Origin: Deltaproteobacteria bacterium
GTDB lineage: Bacteria > Myxococcota_A > UBA9160 > SMWR01
NCBI GenBank assembly: GCA_032128375.1
Contig: JAQBGU010000232.1
Location: 10,362-74,361 of the forward strand
Reading direction: 5' to 3'
Length of the DNA stretch: 64,000 nt
This document shows, in pieces, positions 18,463 through 29,362 of the stretch. Position 1 is the first letter of the stretch. Each line of letters opens with the position of its first letter. The notes beneath the pieces were generated by a model. The model did not search any database. It saw only the letters and a program-made list of their open reading frames with translations, and was not told where the DNA came from. The translations under genes were made by a program, and so were the position numbers.

Positions 18463-18948
18463 CTAGTCGTCTCCTTGCACGTCTGCATCATGGGCTGCTG
18501 CACCGGAACGCTTCGCGGTGGGACTCGTTGCCGAGAATCGGATCGATGGGGCGCCAGTTTCACCCTCTCCCGGTTCATCCAAGAGGCGAAATTCCGTTTT
18601 GACTTCGAGCGTTCTTCCCAGCATGAGTTCTCTGATCACGGCTGCAATGTCCACTCCCTCTAGCACGCGGCCGATCTCGCCGCTCAGTCGTTCCAGAAAC
18701 TCGCTCCGGGTCCTGTCGCTGGTATCGACCAGAAAGTCCGTCCAGTCCTTCGGGACGGTATCTTCCAGCGCCTTGCGCAGCGCTCCTTCTGTGGTGAAAA
18801 AGCCAGCCAGCCCGAGCGTCAGCGCACGGCGCATCCATTCCGGGATCGCACGTGCGGATTCGTCCGATCCCCCGGACCCGGAAAGGGGAGAATGTGCATC
18901 TTTTGGGGCAGCATCGAGATCTCTTTGTTTCCCTCGCCGCTGCGCCAT
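18463..18948 (-). CDS. Hypothetical protein (phasin-like N-terminal helix)
   Basis: RRALTLGLAGFFTTE resembles phasin-family N-termini; abuts the downstream gene. Confidence 0.6.
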   Translation of the reverse strand: MAQRRGKQRDLDAAPKDAHSPLSGSGGSDESARAIPEWMRRALTLGLAGFFTTEGALRKALEDTVPKDWTDFLVDTSDRTRSEFLERLSGEIGRVLEGVDIAAVIRELMLGRTLEVKTEFRLLDEPGEGETGAPSIRFSATSPTAKRSGAAAHDADVQGDD

Positions 18949-18966
18949 AGAGTAAAATCTCCTTCG

Positions 18967-19401
18967 ATGAGCATCGAACGCCGCACATACGTCCGTGACG
19001 TCATGCAGGAGAAGATCGTCACGATCGGTGCGGGCGACACTCTATCGACCGTTGAGGATATCATGACGCTAGGCGGCGTGCGCCATATGCCTGTCGTACA
19101 CCGGGGAGTACTGGTTGGCGTCGTTTCCCAGCGGGACCTGCTGCGGGCCTCGCTGTCGAACCTGACCGAGTTCGGGATGGAACAGCGGCGTGCCTTCCTA
19201 CAGGTCGTCGAAATCACCCGGGTCATGTCCGCACCGCCGATTGTCATTTCACCCGATGCCACAGTCGAACAGGCCGCCCGGGTTCTGGCAGATCGCAAGA
19301 TCGGTTGCCTTCCGGTCGTCGAGGGTGAAACGCTCGTGGGAATGGTCACTGAAACCGATGTGCTGGCGTATTTTGCCGGCTCGATTGGCGCTGATCGCTG
19401 A
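18967..19401 (+). CDS. CBS-domain pair protein
   Basis: VRDVM, VRHMPVV, GVVSQRDL, IGCLPVV, GMVTETDVL. Confidence 0.92.
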   Translation: MSIERRTYVRDVMQEKIVTIGAGDTLSTVEDIMTLGGVRHMPVVHRGVLVGVVSQRDLLRASLSNLTEFGMEQRRAFLQVVEITRVMSAPPIVISPDATVEQAARVLADRKIGCLPVVEGETLVGMVTETDVLAYFAGSIGADR

Positions 19402-19527
19402 GCCGCCTGCATGGTCGTTTCCGAGTCATGCCCGCGTCATGCCAGAGCCGGGCCATTGACTCTCCGCGCCGCGGACCCATCACCGGCTGGCACGCGCCGC
19501 CTGCACAATCTGCCATCAACGATCCAA

Positions 19528-19557
19528 TTGACAATTCCCGCGGGGATCCCGTACTCT
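19528..19557 (+). promoter_or_regulatory. Possible sigma70 promoter for the USP-lpxD-rnhB-truD run
   Basis: TTGACA-N18-TACTCT upstream of ATG 19601. Confidence 0.45.
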
Positions 19558-19600
19558 CGCGAGGCTGGTTGAGGCGGGCGATGCGGACGAAGGGAGCACG

Positions 19601-20422
19601 ATGACTTCGGCGATCTTGGTGGCGACAGATGGTTCAGAGGCCGCGGCTGCGGCCGAGCGGTTCGGCACGGATCTCGCCAAGCGGCTGAAGGCGCGTCTGC
19701 TCGGCATATCGGTCATCGAATCTCGAATCTCTCACGGCATGCAGGACGATGGGCTGGGTGTGACGCCGCCTGCTGCTGAACTCCTCGCCGGCTATCTGAA
19801 GAATCGGGCTGATGCAGTATGTCGCCGGCTGGCAGAGCGCGCCCGCAGCGCAGACGTCGATCACACGATCGAAGTTGCGCATGGGATCGCGGACGATCGA
19901 ATCGTCGAGAAGGGACAGCAAGCCGAGATCATCGTGCTGGGGCGCGACGGTGTGCACGCGCAATACCGCACGGGACTGATCGGTTCGACCGTCGACGGCG
20001 TGATTCGAAAGACCGCGCAAACATCATTGGTGGTCCCGGCAGGTGCCCAGCTCGCGGGACCGGTCTTGTTGGCGTTCGATGGCTCGCCGGGTTCGCGGGT
20101 TGGCGCGCGACACGCGGTACAGATCGCGACGCGAATCGGTGAGCCGATTCACGTATTCATCGATTCCAAGGACAAGGGCAGGGCGATCGCGCGGTTCGAC
20201 GAAGTGCGCGGGTTGGTCGGAGCGCTGCCGGTGCCGATCCGCGAGATCTCGTCGACGCTGGGCCGACCCGATGTGAAGATCGTCGACTCGGCGCGCGAAG
20301 TGAAGGCGAGCCTGATCGTGATGGGCGCCTACGGCCGAAACCGGATTACCGAGTATTTTCTCGGCAGCAACTCGACCGCCGTCGTGAGAACATCGCCGGT
20401 GGCGGTCCTACTCGCGCGCTGA
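19601..20422 (+). CDS. Universal stress protein (tandem USP domains)
   Basis: ILVATDGS, IGST, LAFDGS, LIVMGAYG...LGS. Confidence 0.92.
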   Translation: MTSAILVATDGSEAAAAAERFGTDLAKRLKARLLGISVIESRISHGMQDDGLGVTPPAAELLAGYLKNRADAVCRRLAERARSADVDHTIEVAHGIADDRIVEKGQQAEIIVLGRDGVHAQYRTGLIGSTVDGVIRKTAQTSLVVPAGAQLAGPVLLAFDGSPGSRVGARHAVQIATRIGEPIHVFIDSKDKGRAIARFDEVRGLVGALPVPIREISSTLGRPDVKIVDSAREVKASLIVMGAYGRNRITEYFLGSNSTAVVRTSPVAVLLAR

Positions 20423-20425
20423 CCG

Positions 20426-21469
20426 ATGTCAGGGACAGGCATGCGACTAGGTGATCTCGCAGCCGAACTCGGCCGCGACGTCGATGGTGATACCGAAGTC
20501 TGGATCGAAGGTGTGGCGCCGCTCGATAGCGCGGGGCCAACAGACCTGGCTTTCGTTCGTTCCGCGAAGTTCGCCAGCGGCATGTTGTCGACGCGCGCCG
20601 GTGCGGTGATCGCACCAGGTGATCTCGATTCAGGAGGTCGGCCGACGATCCGGTCCCCGAACCCGGGGCTCGATTTTTCGCGCGTTGCGCGGCGGCTGGT
20701 TCCACAGAGTCGACCCGTCCGGGGGGTGCACCCCTCGGCGAGCATCGCTGCCAACACGAGTATCGATGCCAGCGCAACGGTCGGGCCGGGCTGCGTGATC
20801 GGCAGCGGCTCGAAGATCGGACCGGGCAGCGTATTGATGCCCAATACGACGCTCTACGAGGATGTGACCGTTGGGGCCGATTGCACGCTGCACGCGTCTT
20901 GTGTGCTGCGCGAGAGGACGCAACTGGGCGATCGCGTCATCCTGCATCCGGGCGTGGTGCTCGGCGGCGATGGGTTCGGCTACGTTGCGAACGAGACGGG
21001 CGGTTTCGAAAAGGCGCCTCAGCTCGGTCGCGTGCTGATTGGTGATGACGTCGAAATCGGTGCCAACACCACGGTCGACCGCGGCACACTCGGCGACACG
21101 CGCATCGGCAATAGTGCGAAAATCGACAATCTCGTCCAGATCGGACACAACTGCGATATTGGTGAGAAGGTCATCATCGTCGGCCAGGTCGGGCTCGCGG
21201 GCAGCACGATCGTCGAACACGATGCGATTCTGATGGCACAGGCGGGCGTCGCAGGGCATTTGACGATCGGTGCGGGCGCATTCGTCGGTCCGCAGTCGGG
21301 TATCCATAAGGATGTCGGAGCCGGCGTGAAGGTGCTCGGCACCCCGCAACGGGAGGAACGGCTTTTCCATCGATTGATGGCCGCTATGCTGCACCTTCCC
21401 GACCTGTTGCGCCGGGTTCGCAAGATCGAGAAGCTGCTCGGATTGCGTGGAGGCGACAAGTCGACTTGA
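20426..21469 (+). CDS. lpxD: UDP-3-O-acylglucosamine N-acyltransferase
   Basis: Hexapeptide repeats; [40 protein letters not shown]. Confidence 0.96.
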   Translation: MSGTGMRLGDLAAELGRDVDGDTEVWIEGVAPLDSAGPTDLAFVRSAKFASGMLSTRAGAVIAPGDLDSGGRPTIRSPNPGLDFSRVARRLVPQSRPVRGVHPSASIAANTSIDASATVGPGCVIGSGSKIGPGSVLMPNTTLYEDVTVGADCTLHASCVLRERTQLGDRVILHPGVVLGGDGFGYVANETGGFEKAPQLGRVLIGDDVEIGANTTVDRGTLGDTRIGNSAKIDNLVQIGHNCDIGEKVIIVGQVGLAGSTIVEHDAILMAQAGVAGHLTIGAGAFVGPQSGIHKDVGAGVKVLGTPQREERLFHRLMAAMLHLPDLLRRVRKIEKLLGLRGGDKST

Positions 21470-22305
21470 AGGCCGACTCGAAGCAATCGAGGTATGCGTC
21501 GCTGGCCGACATCCGTCGTCGCATCGAAGGCATGACCTCTTCTCGAGCACGCAAGCAGCTCGCGGTCATTCTCGCTGCTGATTCCCGCCGCGGTGCGCGG
21601 CTGATCGGTGCACGCGTGCTTGCGGCAGAGGCCGCGCGAAGGCGCGAGCGCGCGCGAATCTCGAAGCTCTTTGTGAGACGCAATCGACTGCTGCGCGATG
21701 GGCTTCAGTTCGTGGCGGGGGTTGATGAAGTAGGAGTGGGTCCCCTCGCTGGGCCGATTGTCGCGGCCGCTGTCGTGCTGCCCGTCAGCGTCGATCTCGA
21801 TGCGCTCGAAGGTTTGAACGACTCCAAGAAACTCAAGGCAGTGGAACGCGAACGTCTCGCCGCGGAGATTCGTCGCCAGGCCATTGCGGTCTCGATCGGT
21901 TCGGTCTCGGTTTCGGACGTAGATCGGCTGAATGTGTTTCACGCAGCTCTCGAAGCGATGCGCCGCGCCGTGCTCGGGCTCAGCGTATTGCCAGAACATG
22001 TCTTTGTCGATGCGCGGACGATCCAGAGAATTGAAGTCCCACAGACCTCGATCGTCGGCGGCGATGCGCTGGAAGCTTCGATCGCAGCTGCTTCGATTGT
22101 GGCAAAAGTCCACCGAGACGCTTGGATGCGCCAGCTCGACGAGCGTCACCCCGGTTACGGTTTCGATCGCCATATGGGATATGGAACAGAGCAGCACCTC
22201 GCAGCGCTGTCGCGGCTCGGGCCGTCGCCTGCACACCGGCGAAGCTTCGCACCCGTGCGGGCCACCGTGGACAGGGCCGCCCGGGATCGTCAGCGCTCCG
22301 AGTAG
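21466..22305 (+). CDS. rnhB: Ribonuclease HII
   Basis: [45 protein letters not shown]. Confidence 0.95.
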   Translation: MKADSKQSRYASLADIRRRIEGMTSSRARKQLAVILAADSRRGARLIGARVLAAEAARRRERARISKLFVRRNRLLRDGLQFVAGVDEVGVGPLAGPIVAAAVVLPVSVDLDALEGLNDSKKLKAVERERLAAEIRRQAIAVSIGSVSVSDVDRLNVFHAALEAMRRAVLGLSVLPEHVFVDARTIQRIEVPQTSIVGGDALEASIAAASIVAKVHRDAWMRQLDERHPGYGFDRHMGYGTEQHLAALSRLGPSPAHRRSFAPVRATVDRAARDRQRSE

Positions 22306-22313
22306 TCCAGTAG

Positions 22314-23330
22314 ATGGCCCGAATCCGAACCGCTCCCGAAGACTTTGCGGTCGAGGAATTGCCGCTCTACCAGCCGAGCGGAGAGGGTGGCCACACCTTC
22401 GTTCGACTCGAAAAGCGCTTGCGAACCACAGAGGAAGTCGCGAACGACCTGGCCCGAGCGGCCAGGGTACAACCCCGCGATATCGGCTATGCCGGACGCA
22501 AGGATCGCATCGCTGTCGCGACGCAGACTTTTTCGGTGCCAGGGCTGGATCCGACCCGTGCGCTCGAGCTGACGCTACCTGGTGTTCGCGTGCTCGAGGC
22601 TGTGCGTCACGGACACAAACTCCGCACCGGTCAACTGCGCGGGAATCGGTTCGAAATTGCGGTTCGCGAAATCGATGAGAACCAGCGATCGGCGCTGCGC
22701 AGCCGGTTCGACGAGTTGTGCCGCACGGGCATGCCCAACCGATTCGGTGCACAGCGCTTCGGACGCGATGGACGCAACGTTGCCGCCGGAGCTCGCATAC
22801 TGCGCGGGAAGGCACGGATCACCGACCACCGCAAGGCGCGCTTCGCGATTTCCGCACTCCAGTCTGCAGTGTTCAACTCGGTGCTCGATTCCCGTCCGAT
22901 CCCGGTTTCTCAGCTCGAACTGGGAGACGTCGCGATTCTTCACGAATCCGGGGGACAGTTTCTCGTCGAAGACCTCGCGGTCGATCAGGCGCGTGCCGAC
23001 GCGTTCGAGATCAGCCCCAGCGGTCCGATTTTCGGCAGTCGCGTGATCGAGCCAACCGCTGCCGTGGCCGACCGGGAGGCTCGCGCTCTCGCCGAACACG
23101 GTGTGTCCCTTTCCGAAATGCGGCCGCCGCGCGGGATCCGGCTGCGCGGCGCGCGTCGTGCACTGCGCGTGCGACCCAGCGAAGCGGCTACGAGAGAACT
23201 CGACGATGGGCTCTGGCTCGACTTCGCACTTCCGTCAGGGAGTTATGCGACGGTGTTGATTCGTGCGGTGCTCGGCGAGGATCCGTACGTCGGACCCGGT
23301 GACACGCCACCGAGCGGCGCGGTATCCTGA
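22314..23330 (+). CDS. truD: tRNA pseudouridine(13) synthase
   Basis: [42 protein letters not shown]. Confidence 0.95.
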   Translation: MARIRTAPEDFAVEELPLYQPSGEGGHTFVRLEKRLRTTEEVANDLARAARVQPRDIGYAGRKDRIAVATQTFSVPGLDPTRALELTLPGVRVLEAVRHGHKLRTGQLRGNRFEIAVREIDENQRSALRSRFDELCRTGMPNRFGAQRFGRDGRNVAAGARILRGKARITDHRKARFAISALQSAVFNSVLDSRPIPVSQLELGDVAILHESGGQFLVEDLAVDQARADAFEISPSGPIFGSRVIEPTAAVADREARALAEHGVSLSEMRPPRGIRLRGARRALRVRPSEAATRELDDGLWLDFALPSGSYATVLIRAVLGEDPYVGPGDTPPSGAVS

Positions 23331-23409
23331 GCCGGACTCGGAGTCCCAGTCCGTCCGAGGCCTCGGGTCGAGCAAACCGCGAACCAAAGCCAAACAAGGA
23401 GCCATCCCC

Positions 23410-24366
23410 ATGAATATCGCCGACTCCGTCACGGACCTGATCGGGCGCACCCCGATGGTGCGACTCAACCGCGTTGCTTCCGAGGTTTCTCCGACGATCG
23501 TCGCGAAGCTCGAGAGCTTCAACCCTGGCAACAGCGTCAAGGATCGCATCGGGCTCAGCATGATCGAAGCGGCGGAAAAGGCCGGTGCGCTGATTCCCGG
23601 TGAGACCGTGATCGTCGAGCCGACTAGCGGAAACACGGGGATCGCGCTGGCCATGGTGGCTGCGGTGAAGGGGTACCAGTGCGTCTTGACGATGCCCGAG
23701 TCGATGAGCCCGGAACGTCGCGCCATGCTGCGCGCTTTTGGCGCGAAGCTCGTGCTGACCGATCCGGCCAAAGGGATGCCTGGTGCCATCGATCGCGCGA
23801 AGGGGCTGCTTTCCGAAATTCCGAACTCCTTCATGCCACAGCAGTTCCAGAACCCGGCCAACCCCGAAGTGCACCGCAGGACCACGGCCGAGGAGATCTG
23901 GAACGACACCGATGGGGAAATCGACACAGTGATCTCGGGCGTCGGAACAGGCGGAACCGTGACCGGCATCGGTCAGGTGTTGAAAAAGCGAAAGCCGGGC
24001 TTCAAGGTGATCGCAGTCGAGCCCGAAGACAGCGCCGTCATCTCGGGGGGCGCGCCGGGCAAGCACATGATTCAGGGCATCGGCGCGGGTTTCATTCCCG
24101 ATGTCCTCGATAGGGACCTGCTCGACGGTGTCATCACCGTGAGCAACGACGAGTCGCTCGAAATGGCTCGCCGCCTCGCGAAGGAAGAGGGCTTGATGTG
24201 CGGCATTTCATCTGGCGCTGTGGTGGCCGCCGCACTGAAGTACGCCGCGGGCGACGGGAAGAGCGACAAGCTGATATGCGTGATCATCCCGAGTTACGGC
24301 GAGCGCTACATCCAAACGAAGCTCTTCGATCCCTACCGGTATGAGGGCAGTGACGAAGTCGCTTGA
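23410..24366 (+). CDS. cysK: Cysteine synthase A
   Basis: [38 protein letters not shown]. Confidence 0.96.
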   Translation: MNIADSVTDLIGRTPMVRLNRVASEVSPTIVAKLESFNPGNSVKDRIGLSMIEAAEKAGALIPGETVIVEPTSGNTGIALAMVAAVKGYQCVLTMPESMSPERRAMLRAFGAKLVLTDPAKGMPGAIDRAKGLLSEIPNSFMPQQFQNPANPEVHRRTTAEEIWNDTDGEIDTVISGVGTGGTVTGIGQVLKKRKPGFKVIAVEPEDSAVISGGAPGKHMIQGIGAGFIPDVLDRDLLDGVITVSNDESLEMARRLAKEEGLMCGISSGAVVAAALKYAAGDGKSDKLICVIIPSYGERYIQTKLFDPYRYEGSDEVA

Positions 24367-24937
24367 CGACCTCGCGTCTCCCGATGGCGGAGTTCGCAGC
24401 GAAAAAACGCGCGACGCTCGTCTGCGTCCGTTTGGCGGTGTGTGGCCTCGCGTGCATCGATCGGTCTGGCTTGCGCCAGGTGCCATCGTCGTGGGCGATG
24501 TGGAAATCGGAGAAGACTCGAGCATCTGGTACGGGTGCGTGCTTCGCGGCGATGTCGAAGCGATTCGCATCGGCGCGCGCAGCAACGTGCAAGACGGCAG
24601 CGTTCTGCACGTAACGAAGGGCCGATTCGCGTGCGTGGTCGGTGACGAGGTGACCATCGGCCACCGCGCGGTCGTGCACGGCTGCGTAATCGGCGACGGC
24701 GCACTGGTCGGAATCGGTGCCATCGTGCTGGACGGCGCGACGGTGGGCGAGGGGGCTCTGGTTGGCGCCGGCTCCGTCGTCACGCCCGGCAGCGCAATCT
24801 CGCCGAACACGATCGCAATGGGGACCCCGGCTCGAGAAATTCGGCGACTCAGCGACACGGAGCGCGCCGCCCAGCGAGAACGCACGCTCCACTATGTCGA
24901 AACCGCCCGTCTTCACGCAGCGGTCGATGCGTCATGA
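24341..24937 (+). CDS. Gamma-carbonic-anhydrase family protein (YrdA/PaaY-like)
   Basis: [25 protein letters not shown]. Confidence 0.92.
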   Translation: MRAVTKSLDDLASPDGGVRSEKTRDARLRPFGGVWPRVHRSVWLAPGAIVVGDVEIGEDSSIWYGCVLRGDVEAIRIGARSNVQDGSVLHVTKGRFACVVGDEVTIGHRAVVHGCVIGDGALVGIGAIVLDGATVGEGALVGAGSVVTPGSAISPNTIAMGTPAREIRRLSDTERAAQRERTLHYVETARLHAAVDAS

Positions 24938-25569
24938 ATGGTTCGAGCGTATCGGGGGGCGAAGATTCGCGGTCGAAGATCATGCATTCCGCTCGCGAGA
25001 TCTTCTTTCGAGACGGCTTCGCAGCCGCCAACCTCGACGTTGTGGCGCGCCGAGCAGGTGTCGCCAAGGGGACGCTGTACCGCTACTTCGAGAGCAAAGC
25101 GGAGCTGTACCTCGCTGTCCTCGCGCAGAACGGCGATGAATTCGAGCGACGCCTGCGCGCGGCGATCTTGGCGGACACAAAAGCGGAGGACCAGATCCGC
25201 CAGGTGGCGCACTTCTATTTCGAACACTGGACCGAGAACCTCAACTACTTCAGCATCTTCTGGGCAATCGAGAACCAGTCGGTGATCGGAGGGATGCCTG
25301 CGGCGGCGGTCGATGAGGTCACGAAACTCTGGAAGCAATGCCTGCAGATTCTGGCCGATGTGATCGACGACGGTGTTCGCAAAGGGCAGTTCTTCGCGTG
25401 TGATCCCTGGGAAACCGCGAACATCTTTTGGACGCTCGGCAATGCGGTCATCCAGACCGAGGTGTCGTCCGTGCGCCGTGCGCTGCGACGCAAGTCGCTC
25501 GCCGAAGCGTTCGACGACGCGATCGAGGTGCTAATCCGTGGGCTTACCAGCGTCGAATCGGTGTCTTGA
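24934..25569 (+). CDS. TetR-family regulator
   Basis: VARRAGVAKGTLYRYFESKAEL HTH. Confidence 0.92.
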   Translation: MNGSSVSGGEDSRSKIMHSAREIFFRDGFAAANLDVVARRAGVAKGTLYRYFESKAELYLAVLAQNGDEFERRLRAAILADTKAEDQIRQVAHFYFEHWTENLNYFSIFWAIENQSVIGGMPAAAVDEVTKLWKQCLQILADVIDDGVRKGQFFACDPWETANIFWTLGNAVIQTEVSSVRRALRRKSLAEAFDDAIEVLIRGLTSVESVS

Positions 25570-25697
25570 CAAAGCCAACTTCGTGCGGGAATCTGCCCGC
25601 AGGGGGGATGACCGTCAGTCATTATCTGGCAGAATTTGGTGGTTCAAGTAAGACGGCGGCCGGCCGATCAACTGATCTCGTGCCGTGCCACCGCGTG

Positions 25698-25736
25698 TTT
25701 GATTGAAGGGTTTGATTGAAGGGATTGATGGGAGGG
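25698..25736. repeat. 13-bp tandem repeat (TTTGATTGAAGGG x2 plus a degenerate third copy containing the RBS)
   Basis: Read directly, just upstream of the ACP start. Confidence 0.8.
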
Positions 25737-25744
25737 CTTGAGTC

Positions 25745-25981
25745 ATGGGTATCGATCTATCCGTTCGAATCCAGTCGATCGTCGCGGATCAACTTGGTGT
25801 CGAGCAGTCTGAAGTCACCAAGGACGCGAGCATTTTGGATGATCTTGGGGCGGACTCGCTCGACGTAGTCGAACTTGTCATGACCCTCGAGGATGCCTTC
25901 GATATCGAAGTTCCCGATGACGCCGTCGAAGAGATGCGCACGATCGGTGACGTTCAGCGCTTCGTCGAATCACACATCTAA
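25745..25981 (+). CDS. acpP: Acyl carrier protein
   Basis: DLGADSLDVVELVM phosphopantetheine motif; 78 aa, acidic. Confidence 0.95.
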   Translation: MGIDLSVRIQSIVADQLGVEQSEVTKDASILDDLGADSLDVVELVMTLEDAFDIEVPDDAVEEMRTIGDVQRFVESHI

Positions 25982-26175
25982 CCGGCTAGGGGTGCGACAA
26001 GGTTCTTGGCTCGCACTGAAGCCGCGTCCGATTCAAGCGCAGCGACGGCTGCGCTAGGGATCTTCCGGCCAGGTCCGGCCGGATCCCCCAGTAGCGGGTT
26101 TCCAGTGCGAAGTCCCCGGCTCGAGAGTCTGCGCGGTAGAGCGCTAGCGCGCAGGCGACGACGGAAAAATTCACC

Positions 26176-26466
26176 CTAGGATGTTCTGAGCCCCGGAAGT
26201 ACCTTGAAGTGGGCGCCGAGCGTGGTGGTGAAGACCGACGCCGCGATCGCGATCCCCAGGCGTGGTTGGATGGATTGTTGTGCGACGCGCTTGGCGACTT
26301 CTTCCTGCTCGGGCCCTGGCGGCAGGGTCTGTGCGACTTCGTAGAGTGCTGGGGCGATCAGCAGCAAGCAATACAGGAAGAAGAACCCGAACAGGTAGAT
26401 TAGGCTCACGGTGAACCTGGGCGTGAAGCTCGGGCGAGGGCGCCGGATGCGCGGCGGCAAGGACAT
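26176..26466 (-). CDS. Small two-TM membrane protein
   Basis: MSLPPRIRRPRP, then two hydrophobic helices; divergent from polA. Confidence 0.65.
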   Translation of the reverse strand: MSLPPRIRRPRPSFTPRFTVSLIYLFGFFFLYCLLLIAPALYEVAQTLPPGPEQEEVAKRVAQQSIQPRLGIAIAASVFTTTLGAHFKVLPGLRTS

Positions 26467-26504
26467 CGCCGTCAGCGTACGAAGTCGCCGAAAAGGGGTC
26501 AAGT

Positions 26505-29255
26505 GTGGTAGCCGCCTCGAAGAAATCGCCACTGAAGATTCTGCTCGTCGATGGAACCAACACCCTGTACCGCGCATTCTTCGCGATCCCGCACCTGCGT
26601 GCGCCCGATGGTTCGCCAACCAACGCCGCCTACGGGATGATCAATACACTGACGAAGGTGATTCGCGAGGAACAGCCCGATCGCGTAGTAGTCGTCTTTG
26701 ATGCCCGCGGCCCAACGTTTCGACACAAGCTATTCGACCAGTACAAAGCCAATCGCGAGGCCCAGCCGGAAGACCTATCGAGTCAATTCCCGATGATTCG
26801 GGAATTGATCGAGGCGCATCGCTTCCCGATCGTTTCCGTCCCCGATTTCGAAGCCGACGACGTGATCGCGACCCTCGTCGATCGGGCTCCTGCCGATGCG
26901 CAGATCGCGATCGTCTCCACCGACAAGGACATGATGCAGCTCGTGAGCGAGCGCGTCACGCTGCTCGATGGTGTGAAGGACCGCCGCTATGGACCCGCTG
27001 AGGTCGAACAGCGCTTCGGCGTAGCGCCCGCCCGCATCTTGGATCTTCGCTCACTCGTCGGAGATCCCAGTGACAACATTCCGGGCGTCAAAGGCATCGG
27101 CGAGAAAGGGGCCGCCAAGCTCATCGACGAGTTTGGAACACTCGAGAACCTGATCGAAAAACGCGATCAAATCACCTCCAAGCGCTCGCGAATCGCATTG
27201 GAATCGCAGATCGAAGCAGCGCTGCTGTCGAAACGCCTCGCGACGCTGCGAACCGACGTTCCGCTCCCGCTGGATCTCGACTCGCCACTCGTGGCTCCGG
27301 ATCCCGACGTGTTGCGCGAGTTGTACATTCGGCTGGGTTTCGTCCGGCTCGTGGCAGCGCTCGACGAAGCTGGCCCGACCGAACCTGAGGCGAGCGCGCG
27401 TGTCGAGCCGGTCGCTGTCGACCGCGTCGACGATGAGGCGGGTCTGCGGCGCCTGATCGACGAACTCGGAATGCTCTCGACGGTTCCGATGATCGCAATT
27501 GTCGAGCTGCGCGATTCGAACGGTGGCGACAGGATCTGTGGCGAACCGGTCGGATTGGCATTCGCGCTCGGGTCCGATCGCGCCGCCTACGTGCCGGTTC
27601 GCGCGGCACCCGACGAGTTGTTCGCGTCGCTTCCGATCGAGCGAGTCGCAGCCGCACTCGAGCCGATCCTTGGGGTTTCGCTGCAGCGGGGATCGCGGAC
27701 GAACGATTCTGGCACGGTTTCCTGGATCTCGAGTGATGCGAAGCTGCTCCAGATCTTGTTCGGAGAATGCGGTGTCGAACTGGTGACACCCCATTTCGAC
27801 ATCGCGATCGCCGCGCATCTGATCGACCCCGCGGGCGCCAATTCGCTGCCGTCGCTGGCACAGCGATACCTGGGCCGAAAGACTCGCAGCTGGGAGGAAT
27901 TGGCGGGGCGGGGCGCGAAGGCGGTCCCTGCCCGGGAAATTCCGGTCGAATTGCTCGCCCCCTGGGCGGGTGAAGAGGTGTGCGCGGTGCTTGCGCTGCA
28001 CGACACACTTCAGAGTCGAATCGATACCGATGACCTCAGAATCTTGTCCGAACAGATCGAGCTGCCGTTGTCCGGGGTCCTGGCGCATATGCAGATTGCG
28101 GGAGTGCGAATCGACGAACCCTTGCTCGGTCGATTGGCCGACGAGTGGAGTGGTGCGTTGGACAGCATCTGTGCTGAGATCTACCAGCTGGCGGGAGAGG
28201 AATTCCTGATTTCCTCTCCCAAGCAGCTCCAGCAGATTCTGTTCGAGAAACTCAAACTCCCACCCGTCAAAAAGACCAAGACCGGCTTTTCGACCGACGA
28301 GACTGTGTTGGAGCAGCTTGCGTTCCAACATCCGCTGCCGCTCAAGATCCTGGAGTTCCGCAGGTTGTCAAAGCTGCGCAGTACCTATGTGGTCGCGCTA
28401 CCGCCTCTGGTCAATGCAAACACCGGGCGCATTCACCCGACGTTCAACCAGCTGGGTGCGGCGACCGGGCGGTTGTCGGCGAATCACCCGAACGTGCAGA
28501 ACATTCCGATTCGCAGTCTGGAAGGGATTCGAATCCGCGAGGCGTTTATCCCGGCCGAGGGCAAGCTCCTGTTGTCGGCGGATTACTCTCAGGTAGAACT
28601 GCGCATATTGGCGCACTTTTCTGGCGACGACAGCCTGTTGGACGCCTTTACGCGGGGCGATGACGTTCATCGTCGAACGGCGTCAGAGGTAGCGGGCATC
28701 CCGATCGAGTCGGTTACCGACGAACAGCGCGCGCGCGCGAAGGCGGTCAACTTCGGGATCATCTACGGCCAGTCCTCTTTCGGGCTCGCCACTCAGCTGG
28801 GCATCGCCTCAGCCGACGCAAAGGCGACCATCGATGCCTATTTCGAACGCTACAGCGGGGTTCGCACATTCATCGACGAGTCGCTCGAGGGCGCACGCAA
28901 GAGTGGTTACGTTGAGACCTTGTTCGGTCGCCGCCGCTACCTGCCGGATCTCGGCTCTCGTAACCGCACGTTGCGTCAGGCTGCGGAGCGCATGGCTGTC
29001 AATTCGATCATCCAGGGGACGGCGGCCGATCTGATCAAGAAGGCGATGGTCAAACTCGATCCGCTGATCGAAAAGGCCGACCTCGACGCCGTGATGATCC
29101 TACAGGTTCACGACGAACTGGTTTTCGAGGTCCCAAAACGGCACGTCGCCGCTCTGACGCAGATCGTTACTGAACAGATGGAAGGGGTGGTCGAACTGCG
29201 TGTACCCCTGCTCGTCGAAGTGGGCACCGGTGCCAATTGGCGAGAGGCCCATTGA
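26505..29255 (+). CDS. polA: DNA polymerase I
   Basis: 5'-3' exonuclease (LVDG, EADD, GDPSDNIPGV) and polymerase motifs DYSQVELR, AKAVNFGIIYG, QVHDEL. Confidence 0.98.
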   Translation: MVAASKKSPLKILLVDGTNTLYRAFFAIPHLRAPDGSPTNAAYGMINTLTKVIREEQPDRVVVVFDARGPTFRHKLFDQYKANREAQPEDLSSQFPMIRELIEAHRFPIVSVPDFEADDVIATLVDRAPADAQIAIVSTDKDMMQLVSERVTLLDGVKDRRYGPAEVEQRFGVAPARILDLRSLVGDPSDNIPGVKGIGEKGAAKLIDEFGTLENLIEKRDQITSKRSRIALESQIEAALLSKRLATLRTDVPLPLDLDSPLVAPDPDVLRELYIRLGFVRLVAALDEAGPTEPEASARVEPVAVDRVDDEAGLRRLIDELGMLSTVPMIAIVELRDSNGGDRICGEPVGLAFALGSDRAAYVPVRAAPDELFASLPIERVAAALEPILGVSLQRGSRTNDSGTVSWISSDAKLLQILFGECGVELVTPHFDIAIAAHLIDPAGANSLPSLAQRYLGRKTRSWEELAGRGAKAVPAREIPVELLAPWAGEEVCAVLALHDTLQSRIDTDDLRILSEQIELPLSGVLAHMQIAGVRIDEPLLGRLADEWSGALDSICAEIYQLAGEEFLISSPKQLQQILFEKLKLPPVKKTKTGFSTDETVLEQLAFQHPLPLKILEFRRLSKLRSTYVVALPPLVNANTGRIHPTFNQLGAATGRLSANHPNVQNIPIRSLEGIRIREAFIPAEGKLLLSADYSQVELRILAHFSGDDSLLDAFTRGDDVHRRTASEVAGIPIESVTDEQRARAKAVNFGIIYGQSSFGLATQLGIASADAKATIDAYFERYSGVRTFIDESLEGARKSGYVETLFGRRRYLPDLGSRNRTLRQAAERMAVNSIIQGTAADLIKKAMVKLDPLIEKADLDAVMILQVHDELVFEVPKRHVAALTQIVTEQMEGVVELRVPLLVEVGTGANWREAH

Positions 29256-29362
29256 GTTCCAAAGATCCGAAAGGCCAGCGAATATCCGCAGGCTCGGTCG
29301 CGTCCAACCCCCCCGAGCGGTCGGGACAGGGGCTCGAAGAGACGCACACCCGATCGAAATCC

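Noticed and set aside
19487..19506. TGGCAC sigma54-like site upstream of the USP gene
   Set aside because: The GC element is not at the obligatory GG-N10-GC spacing.
26080..26115. SRP RNA-like string CCGGCCAGGTCCGG
   Set aside because: Lacks the conserved GGAAGGAAGCAGC continuation and tetraloop.
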